Assembly: GCF_022539665.2 (NCBI RefSeq)
Contig: NC_081331.1
Coordinates: 10,106,001-10,170,000, forward strand
Direction: 5' to 3'
DNA from: Daphnia carinata
Taxonomy: Eukaryota
DNA length: 64,000 nucleotides
The translations under genes were made by a program, and so were the position numbers. Of the stretch, positions 52,028 to 64,000 are shown piece by piece. Under the pieces are notes generated by a model. The model did no database searches. It saw nothing but the letters and a program-made list of their open reading frames with translations, and was not told the origin of the DNA. The number at the start of each line of letters is the position of its first letter. Within the stretch, counting starts at the first letter, position 1.

Positions 52028-55000
52028 TGTCGCTCGGTCAAACAATTCTGCGTAAACAAACAATAGTAAGTCAAAAATAAATTTCGAAATTGCTTGAAGA
52101 AGAAAAACTATTTTCGACCTATTAAGAAATAGAAAAGCGTAATCGCTGCAGCGAAAGGCAACAATAGAAAGCTGATTGAAATTCTGTACGAGTGTCACAT
52201 GCGATTCTTAGAGCGAGCGCAGAGTTAATCTACTAGTTCCAAGAGCCAAACGTTCGAAAAAGTATTTCAAAAGTAACTTGAAAGTGGTCGCAGCGAGAGC
52301 AACTTTTTCGACTTACTTTGTCACACACCAGGGGGAAACTAGTCAGTTACGACTTTGAACCTTGCCGAGAACCCTCTGTTACCATGTTGCAAGCCGTCGT
52401 GCACACGACCGAGCGCTGAAGGCAACAGAACGCTGCGCTAACAGCGAATATCTTACTCGCTCGACTTTACGCTTGGCTACGAGTATCCTGAACGAACAGC
52501 AAAAAATAAAACTCCTTTTTTCTCGTGTCGTTATTTTGAATACGAAACGAGATGGATTCCAATATGAGCTAAAATTGCACGTCTTCAAGTGAAACAAGAA
52601 AAGTACTGAAAATCGAAGGGTAACATGGTAGAAATGAAAAAGTAGCCACGTTTCACGCACTGACAGATATTGCATTTTTGGAAGACCCGCGTTGCAAAAA
52701 ATATAAAGCGCAAAACAAAACGCTGAGAATCTTGCCATCTCTGGTTGGAGTCCTGCATATTCAGATTCCATTTCAAGTCTATAAAAAGAAAATGCAATCT
52801 CCTTAAGGAAAAAAAAAGCCGTCTTCTATATCATTACGAGTCCCACAGTTTGATTACAAAGCATCAAAGTCAAATCTACGCTGACAAAGCTATCGTCTGA
52901 ACTGGCCCGCCTTTAGTGAACTCGTTGACGTTGTGTAGCCGTGGGCCCAATCGAGCCACGCACAAAGTAGTTGGGCCGCAGTCACGCAGTCATGTGAGAT
53001 TAACGCAAGTCAACGATTGCCTTAATCGAGTGTTTTTAATCTTATACGTAGCCGCCGGCGACAAAATCAACTTCAACCACATTACATCCATGTCATTTTA
53101 AAGATGGGCCGTTCTCTATTTCTCAGCGCATTTGGACACTGACGCGAGTTGGGTTCGGCCTCTTAAAAGAAAACGAACCACGGCATCTTTAACTCCCGTA
53201 ATTAAAACAATTACTTGTTGTTTTAATTTTTTTTTCTCTCTGTTCTGTCTTACGTACCCATCAAGGTCGCTTGCATAGTTTCTTTCACCGTACAACATTC
53301 ACTGGCGGTAAAGATGAGTTGGAGCGAGAAAAAGAAAACGCGCGTGCCGAAGAGGTTTCTACCGTGACAATCGTTATGGGAAAAAAAAAAAAAAAAAAAA
53401 GAAATTGTAGTTTAAGTTGGACGAAAGATTGTTTACCAGAGGGAGGGGAAAGTAACATACAATATATCCTACGTTATTGCACTGACAGAGTAACTTGAAG
53501 CAAAGCTCAAGCAAAGAGTCACGAGCTCGACTCGTTGCGAAGAGCACGAAACTCTGTTGCCAAGGTCCGCGGGCTCGCAAGAAGCACCACACACACACAC
53601 AAATCGAAAAGATTTGCTTCAAAATTCTTTTCTTCGTCAGGATTTTCCTATTCAAAGATGGCGATACTCTGAATGTTTTGACAATCGAAAGATCAGTCAC
53701 ACCCCACAATCGATGATGTTGCCAGCGTATAAACAGACGAAGTCAACGAGTAAATATTGTGATTCTATCGACGATTTTTTAAATGTCGTTCAGCGGATGC
53801 CAACTGGACCGAAAAGAAACTAAAAAAATCGCCAATGAATAATTTATGGATTGAAAAATAATAGATGGTATCATCGCGGCAAGAGCCGCATTTCAATCGA
53901 GCATAATTTTCACAATAGCTCTCGACTTCCAATTAGGAGTCCACGAGACGGATCGAGGTTGGCGAGAATTCGTTGTCTAAAACGACAGCATTGCGATGAA
54001 AAGAGTTCTGACTTTCAAAGAGAAAGGAAGAAACGCGTCACTCACTAGTTCCCACTCCATCGCCATCTCAATCACAGGGTCGACAAGACGGAACAACGGT
54101 TGAAGTAGACGAGACCCAGAAACTCCAACCTCACTCCCCCCACTCCCTCCTCAAATAAAAAGAAAGAAAAGAAAACACTCTCCACCAAGCCTCGAACTCT
54201 CCTACGCTCGAAAAGAATGATCAGATTGAATTCGGTAAAGAATCTTACATTTCGAACGGAAAAAAAAAGCCAATACATAAATTCTGCTACAGAAGCCGTT
54301 GGTAGGTGGAAGCCCATTACACATTGACTGACAGGGACTTACCTTGAAATGAATATTAAAATGACTGCATCTATCCATTTGGTATGGTGCGTTGGGAATG
54401 AGAATGTTGCTTCCGACTGGTCAAACTCCTCACGGCTTTTTTCGGCTCATCCAAGAAATAATCTAATAAAAAAAATACCAGTTATTATTTAAGGTGTTAA
54501 AAAAACATCCACTAGCAGTTGCAAAGCATTAGGTACATAAAATTGGTAACACCAATTCTAGCAGAAACAAGTGATCATTAGTTACGTCATTAGAAATTGC
54601 ATTGGGCGGGACAAGATGGAATGGTCCTTCCCTCAGTCGACATAACGAAGCAACCAATGTGGATGCATTCAACGTAGCATAACTATGAGACCGTTCGCCA
54701 AATGCGGTTCTCAAACTCTTCCATGAAATATTCAAGTGCTGGTGGAGGAGGGGTGGCCGACCACACAATTCTATCAGAATGACGGTAATCAGCGTTTCAT
54801 GACAGACTGCAGCGTGTACAGTTCCGGTCCGGTTAAAGTTTGTTTATTTTTTATTTTCCAAAAAAAAAAAAAGGAAGCCGTTCAAAATGGGGTGGGAAGG
54901 TTTTAGAGGAAGTTTTGCAAAACCTAGACGTTCATTATAAACCCTTCGTTCCTATTGGTCAAACTAGAGTTTTCGTTCTAAATTTCACCCGTTACATTTT

Positions 55001-57897
55001 GACGTCTTTTCTTACACCCCTTCCACCATTCCATTTCATGCTCTTGACATTGTAGACACATATACACGTTACCATGCGCCATCTTTTTGTTTGAAAGCTT
55101 AAAAAAGAGATACTTGTCAAGGCTCATAATTTCAATTCAGATATAAAGTAGTCTGATTTACTGTAGACATAGCAATACATCAGTGTCGTCAGAGACATCA
55201 AGTACGATCGTACGAGTTTCTTACCAGACATAACTAACCCTTATAAACCGTAGAAATATACAGTTCAAAGTTTAACGTATCGCTACTTAAACCAAAACAT
55301 CGACTTCACAAGAGAACAAGAAGGCAAAGAATTAAATAATAAACATAAAATCATCTACTAAATTTTTCCAAACAAAAACAGTGTTACACAATATGCATCT
55401 TCCAACATAACATTGGTTATCAAATCCTCTCCACCACCATTGCCAACATGCCCGTCTTGTGGCAACTTGAGAGAAATGTATCAATAGTTGTGCAGCCTTA
55501 AATGCGAAGGCGGCTTCACATGAGGGGAGATTTATGACCCATACCGCTGCTTTAGGCCGTCAAACGTAATCGCTACATTCAGTTGCCGCTGCTCAAAATG
55601 AAGAATCGGGGCGAATCCATCGAATCGGATGAACTCACCGTCATGGTCGCCTTAGCAGTGAGTCAGAGTCATCTCTCTTTCTTTGACTTTCTCAAAAGAG
55701 GCCGTTGTCTGGAATGAGGCAGTTGAACCGACTGGGCAACAGTCGTGACATCGGAGCCATTCTTTATACACAAAATGTGGCTTGCCCACGATAGGTTGGT
55801 AATTTCCGTTTGTTTTGTTCCCCCAACTCCCACATTTCGACATGACCAACTACTCTTTACCAAAAGTCTCACATTTCTCCAAACGACGTCGACTCAAAAC
55901 ACGCTCCATTCCCTCAAGACGTTTGCATCTATGGATCTATGGCGACACGACGCCCAAAGTTTTCTTCCCTGAACCGAGTTTGACCCATACCTAGATCATA
56001 CTGTCATCCTTCGTGTTGGGGGGAAATAAACGGGCTGATGTTAAAAAGAATGACGGTAATGATAACATACATAAGTATAAACAAGGTTCAACTTTCCACT
56101 CCAATATTGTATAGCAAAATCCTGATGCTTCGCCTTATTTAATATTTACATATTTGTGACTAAAAACTGTATCAGGACATTGCATACTTTATTGAAATAA
56201 CCTTTACTTTCCTATTTTACAAAACTCTCTGTATACTGGGATTCAACATCACAAAGTCACACAGCTTGGTATTAAAAATAGGCTAGAAGAAAATATTCAT
56301 GAAGTCTTTCAATGTAAAGTTACAACATGAATATTGACTTTCAAGGAGAAAAACTATCCTTTTGCAACATTTCAACTACCTCGAAAAATTGGTGGGTGTG
56401 TATGCCAAGTAATCGGGCTTAGTTATATGGAAACAAACCAAACCACAGAGCACATATGGAAAAGGTAACTGCCTGAAATGATTGGCAAAGGCCATGTAAA
56501 ACTGAAGTTATCCAACTAGGAGTTATTTTAAAGTAATGAAAAATAGCATTTGTGAGTACTTTGTTAAAAACGGTAACAAAATTTCCCACATCTGAATTTG
56601 GAATTCCCAAATGGTAATCTATCAGTTTGGAGTTCTTGGGTTTTTAACTTTTCTATAATTAATGAACACAAGATTGGACAAGCATCATTAGAGTAAAATA
56701 ATTCCTATTAATACTAAATACCAGATTGGAAGAAATCGTGGAAAACTTCTTAGTCTGACGGTAAGCTACACAGTGTGCAGTATTTTTCTTTACTTTAAAA
56801 CATTATTAAAGTTCTAAAGCCTAGGACATCTTCTTGAAGCCACACATTTGCTATGCAAAGTAACACTATTCCTACAATTTTGTTCTTACTTTAATTCCTG
56901 CTACACAACATGAAGCCCTGCTAAGTTTCATAAGCTGTATATGACTTATTTACCTTGAATCGACGTGGATAAGGTGATTACACTTTTGCCTTCGCAGGAT
57001 GCTGGAGCGGATAATTTCATAGCATTTTTCAATCTAGAGACGTCGATAATTCACACGCTTTTCAGCATGCAATAAGTCAGCCATCTTTAACGAGGTTTTG
57101 ATGACAAGGTCGACTGCCCGTAAATTTCTGCTGAGCTAGAATCGGCTGATGGTTGCCAAGTTTCTATTATCGAGCGAGTTGCTACTTTTTGGGGGTAATT
57201 TTCAATTAAATAAATTGCAGGTAATTTTATTCGCACAAAATAATGTACCATTCCTGTTTTTCTCCAACGCTGTGACGACGTATATATTTGATTTGTTTTT
57301 AAAGATTTTGACTTTGCCGAGGGGGGGACACATTTGCGATGAAAGAACTTAATAAATCCGCCAGAAGTTGGGTAAAATAACTTTGTGACGCTCAAATTAA
57401 ATTGTTAAAAATGTAACCTAACGTTAAAACCATTTGACGGTACCCAAGGCCCGCTCCCCTTCCAGTCGTTTGGGTGGAACTAATCGTCCACAGTTTTCCC
57501 AATAATTAATGGTACTTTAAATAGGCGTGACATTGTCCAATTGTCTGTTTGAATGGCCAATAACCAACCTTAACGACGGTGTATGGAACTATTCAGTTAT
57601 CAGTTTGAGCAATAATTCGCCACGCTTTAAAAATAACAAAATACGTCAACATATTTCTTGTTGGGGGTTTAGTGTATTCAGTCAATATATTCGATTTTTT
57701 TTTTCAATCGACATCCAGATTACAGAAAGGGCCGCATAAAGATATTACACACTCATCACAGATAACTGCAAAAATTAAAACCAGGAAGAAAACGAAAACG
57801 CCAAGCCAATGGAATTAATTAGAAAGGGGAAAATTACAGGAAAACAAGGTTTTTCTTGTTTGATTAAACTTTCGTTTATAAATACCTTACGGCCCAA

Positions 57898-58845
57898 TCA
57901 TTGATTAACATAGGGATACATAGGAAGAGAAAGATGACGTGGTGGGCAAATGACGGTGTTTCGGCTGGCGTGACCGTATAGTTGAGCTGCGCTAAACGCA
58001 TCTTCCGACGTCGCTCGATTGGACTGTTCCGAAAGGATTGCAAACTGGTTGGCAATGTATGGTGGAACAGCCAAAGTGGATTTCGCACTGGCATTAGAAA
58101 TCTGTTCCCGCTGCAATCTATCGATAAGATATTGATAGATATCGTTCAATTGAGTAGAGACCTCGTCTCGAATGATACAAATCGCCGTACAAACGTCATT
58201 ATCAAGATAAGCCAAGTGCTCGACGGTAAGTTTCGAATCACGCAAAGAATTTACTAGTAGAGAAGCTCTCCTGCCTAGCAGGAAGCATTCTAGTGCCATG
58301 TTTTTCCCGAATTCTTGAGGCCCACTGCCGGGAGCGTAATGAGATGGCATGTATTGAGTCGTATTAGGCTCTGATAACGGACGATCCACGTCTAAAGCTG
58401 ATCTAGTCGAGTTTCTTCCCAAGTCGGATGGCGAAATAGACGAAGCGAAAGTCCTTGGCGTTGTCGAACCGGAAGAAGTATTAGGCTGCATTGTGGGCCT
58501 ATCGATTCCCAGTTCCCTGTCTTGTTGCTGAGCTCGCCTGGACGCTACCTGAGATGCGTTGATTTTCTGCTTCTTGCGAGTGACTCGACACAGGTCGCAA
58601 CTGCAACGCCCAAACGGACAGTAACGCTTATGACCTTTTAAAGGACTATTGATGCCGTGATTTTTGCACAGGGCACAAGTTGGATTGCGACAGGATGCTC
58701 CTTTTCCTGTGCCGAACGACGTTGGACTACTTTTTAACTCGTCATCTTCGTCCATGTGTTCAACATCAATCGTCTCTGAATGATCAAACTGGTTTAGCGA
58801 GGACGGAGATAACATTTCGAAGGATTCTTCATTGTTGAAGGGCAT
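57898..58845 (-). CDS. dsx2: Doublesex (DM-domain transcription factor), Daphnia Dsx2-like, single coding exon, 315 aa
   Basis: DM domain CALCKNHGINSPLKGHKRYCPFGRCSCDLCRVTRKKQKINASQVASRRAQ. Acceptor TTTTCAG at ~58875 and upstream UTR donor GTAAGT at ~59247. Assignment to paralog 2 is from recall. Confidence 0.88.
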   Translation of the reverse strand: MPFNNEESFEMLSPSSLNQFDHSETIDVEHMDEDDELKSSPTSFGTGKGASCRNPTCALCKNHGINSPLKGHKRYCPFGRCSCDLCRVTRKKQKINASQVASRRAQQQDRELGIDRPTMQPNTSSGSTTPRTFASSISPSDLGRNSTRSALDVDRPLSEPNTTQYMPSHYAPGSGPQEFGKNMALECFLLGRRASLLVNSLRDSKLTVEHLAYLDNDVCTAICIIRDEVSTQLNDIYQYLIDRLQREQISNASAKSTLAVPPYIANQFAILSEQSNRATSEDAFSAAQLYGHASRNTVICPPRHLSLPMYPYVNQ

Positions 58846-61800
58846 CTATTTCGGCCAAGGAGATCAGCGTAGAGCTGAAAACAAAATCAAAACTTTAAAA
58901 TTCAACTAGGACGTTGGGTGCAGAAACGGTGACCGAATTCTGCACAACAGCGGAATGTTAAAACTGGAAATCAACAAACTGCGCAAAAAAAACAGATATT
59001 TTTTTTCGAGAAAGTTTATGATGGCTAAAATGGCAAAAAAGACTTTTAATTCTGAGTTACATTCCATCAATACGACAGGAAAAAAAAGTGCTTAAATGCA
59101 TAGTTTCTACTTTAGATAAAAACTGAAAAACAGAACGTATCTAACCAGATTAAGCCACTAACCAATAAAAGTCAGACACTGGAGTGCAATCTTGGATATA
59201 AAAAACTTGAAAAATAAGACGTAGAATCTAAAAGCCATAGACTTACTTGGGAAAGGATATACGACCAAACTGTCCGCCACTAGCTCGACTTAGTCACTGC
59301 TTCTGTGTTGCCATGTGAGACCAGGAACTACACACATACCACCACTACGGGGCGAACGAAAAAGCCTTGGGATTAAGGCAGCCATGTTTTCCATTGCTGC
59401 AAGTCTTGCCTGAGTTGTAGTATAGGACACACGCACAAGCCACTCAGATTCGGTCGAAGTAGTATGGATGGGAAACCCACAAACCCCTAGGGTTTGTGAA
59501 GTCCTAACTATTAACATTTCTGAAGAACTTATTGACATGTCTCCTCCTGCATCTCCTAAAAAGCTGAACCTGGACAAGATCAATGGAAAACACAGAGTGC
59601 TGTTGATTGAAAAATACTGTTAGACAATTTATTCACAAAAAAAGGAGGGGGAGAACGAAGCTGTAGATACTGTTTCACCTCTTTTCTGCACTTGTGCTAC
59701 AATCGCACAATCAGCATGACGAACCAAAGTTCGCATGTAGACCATCCGTCCTATTTGTTCACGGCAAATGGAGGGCTATTAGAAAAGTTTCTTCTCTTCC
59801 TTTTGCTAAATGCCGTTTGATCGATTTATCTCGGAGAAAAAAAAAATTGACGAACTAGGCTATGGACCTTCACAAACCACACGCATTCACTACGAGATTA
59901 GCAGTTTTTCATAGTGTCATGTCAAAATCAACTGCAAGTCAGCATCTGCGTGTCCGGTGAACCGGTCCGATATGCTTGTGATAAACGTCTTTCGTCCTTC
60001 GATGCCCTTGCCCCCCTCCTATCTCCACTGTTGTCAAGGTCTCTGAAATCCAAGAAATCCAATTAAATCATCATTCCCCAAATTTAAATAGAATGAAAAC
60101 AAAAAATAAATCCTGGTAAAAATATTTTTCCCCTTTCCAACGTTTAAAAGAAGCCCACGTCAAAAGCATTGGAACGTTACACAAGGACTTCGTACCGCTC
60201 CGTCCAAATGAGACTGGAATCTGACTTGACAACCCACCGGGCATGCATGTGACAAGCGTTTCCACCGCAGATGGTCATGGCATCAACTGCACAACAAAAA
60301 AAAAAAGAAAGAATAAAAAAAAGTGACTAAAAATGGAAAATAAAAATGGTGAAGATACATCTTAGGTCAAAGGCAGCCTACTCGGAATTCAATTCTTGGG
60401 TATCGTTGAAAAGAAGAACAGAGTCAAATGTTCACCCTGAAAGAAAACGAGCCAACGGTGCAAGATAATTTATAGCCTGAAATGATGGAGGAACGATAAG
60501 GGGAGGAGGGAGAAGAACAGAAAGAGTTTGCTCTTTTCTCAAACTTGGAGCGAGACGGGCGAAAGTCCGTGTGTGCGCACGTAGAACACCGCCTTCTAAT
60601 TTGGGAGCTTGAGAGAGAGAACTGCCGCATGAATTGGAATAACTTTTGTCCAGCTTCTTCATTATACACAAGATAACCTTCTTTGACTCTGTTCGCGTTG
60701 ATTGTTAACCGAGTTCACATACACACAAAGCAATAATCTATTATAGACAGAACGTCAGCCGCGAGAGACTTTGAAACAACACGGCAAATAGAACGAAACA
60801 GGAAAAAAGCCATATCGAAAAAAACAAAAAAAAAAACAAAGAACGATTGTATTTTACAAGACACACGGTCAATCAACACGAAGTTAGAAGCATAGCCTTC
60901 AGTAAACATCGCCAGTGCCTCTTAGTTCGCAAAGTCAAGAGTAAACCACCACATCTCTGCTGCTCACCTAATTAACAAATTGGATGTTGGTTAGGTACAG
61001 CCACGCTTAACCTAGATTTTCGTGAGCGAATATTTCCGAAAACCAGGTCACGTAACATCTGATTGCTTGTCAAGCCAAAGGATCGCGAGGGATCAATGAT
61101 GTACAACAGTATACACACACACAAGTTGATGTTAGATTTCATGACTTGGGGGCAAATGGCTTGTCACTTTGGTGTAACCCAACAGGATCACACACGAAAA
61201 AGAGTCATGTTCTTCTACGATTCAAAACTGGCAGCATGTTTTTCTACGCCAGTGGAAGAGATTTAAATGCACGTCGTACCATTAGTTTTAAGATCGTATC
61301 ACAATGATGTAAAAGTCAACACAAAATAAGTTATGCAATAAATATGTTCCCATTTCATAGTGTGATTTATTCATGCTTTCAACCCATACGTTGAAAAGTT
61401 ACGAGAACTATAACACCGCTATAACGGTTCCAGATTGTCTATGGATGCGGTCGATAGCGCAGTCACTGTCGGCTAACATTGCCATTCGAAACCGTCATCA
61501 GCGGGGTTGGGTAGTACAATGACATGCCTTCTTTTTTTTTTATCGGTTCCCGCACGCGCCTCTGGTCCCTGGACTGAAGCCAACTTTCTGTACACACGCA
61601 GGCACAACACACAAAGGTGGTAAAAATGCACGCTACGGTAAAAAAAAAAAAAAAAAGGAAATAAATAAACGGCAACTTTTTGCGTCCAGAAACTTGGTAT
61701 TGCAATCTCGAAGGGACCAAAAAGGGAGAACCGTGACGGAAAAAAATCAACATGAACAAAAAAAGGGGTACGAAGAAGAGGTGGGTTTCGCCGATTTTCT

Positions 61801-64000
61801 CTCTGTCGTTTCGCGTGCTGATAGAACATTAGACTGCGGCAATTTCCTATATCACGTCAAGGGCGCGCCAGATCAAACAGCAGAGATCAATATATAGAAA
61901 CCTAGGCGGCCATCGCAAAGTGATGTAAGCAATAATATCCGATCACACGTCGTAAAATAGCCGCCACCAATATATATAGTCTAGTGTAGGGAAGTAACGC
62001 AAGGTGAGAATCGAACCAACGCAAACAACCGTCATAAAAAAAACGAAGGTGCAAATCGGGCTTACAGGAACCCATTTGGGAAAAAGAATAAAACATAAGA
62101 TGGTGGACTGGAGGTTACCAGTTTCAAATTGGATAGGCGGCGAGTTGATGGGTAAAAGAGCAACTTGCCATGACCGCCAAACCTTACCCTCCCCTCGCTA
62201 GTAACCTACCCCACTTTCTGTCGTTTGCCATAAATCACGAAACTGGTCTTTTTAACAGAGAAAGTTTTTTTTTCCTTTGTTCCTTTCTTAAATAACTAAA
62301 ATAAGAAAGTTTTTTTTTGGTTCTCAACTGGGGTAGATCATTCTACAAATGTAATTAGTGCCAAATGGCGGGGATTCAAGCCAAAAAACGAAAATCCCCA
62401 CTATATTAGATGATGCAATGTTTTCAACATATTGTTGAAATCGATTGTCAAAGCTATTATTTAACTACTCAGCTAACCACAAAATATGAAGAAAACCGAG
62501 AAAAAAAATTTATAGTGAGATAGTCCTTGCTTATATTGTATTAAAAAATAAATAAATAATAATCGTGTCAGGGACAACACGCATATTTGTACCGTCTCCA
62601 GGAAATCCAGTAAAATGATAAAAGAATTGTTGGACAATAAAACAAAAATTCTTCAGCGACAGGCCGATGTCCATGAGGTATCAATTTTAATTTAAACTTG
62701 AAACTAAAGATATCTAACATGGTGTATGTAGTAAACACTAACGTTTTTCATTGTAGGGACGAGTGTATACTCAACAAGGGTCATAAAGAAAACTACCTAA
62801 TTTTTCATTTCCCATCACATTTTACAGCTTTTCCATCATCACGAGCATTGGTGCAATATTTCCTAGTACGAGCGAGATAAAAATCGAAACCTCGCGAAGT
62901 TGTTGCGGTATTCTCTTTGTTAAAAAGTCGAATTCTTTTGGAATATTCTAAAGTCCGTCTGAAAGCAATCTCGTCGACCAAGATATGGATCTTTGGGTAT
63001 ATGGGAATGCTCAAAAATGCGTACATAAACGAGATAGCAATCTCTCCGGTAGTCACGTCAAGAAAAAGGCCATCGACATTTCGACATCGTTTTTTTTTTT
63101 TTTTGACACATGAAAACGCTACAGTACATCGTACTAACATTTTCGCTGTACATCATTTCCCACAAAATCGTTAAACCATACCCCACTGCAATTTTTAAAT
63201 CGTAAATTTGCGCTATGGTTTGGGTCAAGTGAGTATGAAACTCAAAAACAAATATACTAGACATTCTCTTATCAATAAAACCTTAAACCAATAACAGAAT
63301 ATCAGTCGCAATGGCAAAGAATGATAAAGAACCAGCAGAATAAAAACTTTATACTGGGGTTGAGATTGACAAGCATACACTGAGAAATATGATACCTAGA
63401 CAAATAGTTTACAGTACGTCTGAATGCTTGCAATCTATCCAATCAAAATTTAGGTCAGACGCTTATCAAAAGAAACTGTTTGAATCCGCAACAAACCCTG
63501 CCACCATGAACTGCTGATGTTGACATCTTCTTACCCGATATTACTATCCTAACCTCCATTAGACATCTTCTTTGGTTACAATTTAAGCAGGCTAAAGTTT
63601 CAGCAATATCTCAATTATATTTTCTGTAATAACAAAACTCTTCAAGCTCTTAGCGTAAACATGGTTTTCAATGTTCATACCTGATGACCTGTGATAGGTG
63701 AGACCTTAAGGTAACAAACCGGCCTTGCTGGCCCCGAATCTAGTAATCGAATTGTAAGGATTTTTCTTACGAAAACATCTAAAGAAACTTATAGGATTAC
63801 TTCACAGGATTCAATGCTATTAAAACTAAAGTGTTTTCTGGTAAATTACTAACTGAAGCGGAATGAAACTACAGAGCAAGAAGAAAATCAAAGTTTTATA
63901 GGTTTAGAAGTGATTTAGGGATGAATTACCTGAATTTCTTCAACAGAGTTCACTTGGCACAAGCAAAATATATTTAATACTTTGTTTAGGCGGCGGCCAT

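Noticed and set aside
52028..52198. N-terminal extension of the 318-aa ORF
   Set aside because: It starts at GTG and crosses a clear splice acceptor at 52048. The real start is more likely the ATG at 52027.
49311..57536. ACAATGT Dsx-binding cores (e.g. ~49313, ~55047, ~57530) suggesting autoregulation
   Set aside because: A 7-mer is expected several times by chance in 64 kb of AT-rich DNA, and enrichment cannot be shown by eye.
63400..64000. Possible micro-exon gene fragment on the minus strand at the right edge
   Set aside because: Some donor-like sites and a short open frame are present, but I could not build a consistent or recognisable protein.

Overview
Eukaryotic, AT- and homopolymer-rich genomic DNA with short (mostly ~55-90 nt) introns. 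It is most likely a water flea (Daphnia), inferred from the Doublesex protein and intron style. From left to right: (1) the 5' part of the ecdysone-induced nuclear receptor E78 (minus strand, runs off the left edge), with a cluster of IR1/EcRE-like sites; (2) a ~6.3 kb foldback-like element (13.2-19.5 kb) with ~2.5 kb inverted arms, each carrying a spliced pseudogene, and three tRNA-like units in the central spacer; (3) a clip-domain trypsin-like serine protease with two alternative promoters and N-termini; (4) the mitochondrial folate/FAD carrier SLC25A32 with two alternative last-helix exons; (5) a P5B ATPase (ATP13A); (6) two tandem i-type lysozymes with a perfect kB site between them; (7) LZIC; (8) a doublesex paralog that has lost the zinc-binding part of the DM domain but keeps the tail helix and oligomerisation region; (9) an intact single-exon doublesex gene (Dsx2-like). 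The most notable items are the DM-less Dsx paralog beside Dsx2 and the tRNA-centred palindrome. All exon boundaries were called by eye, and no searches were run.
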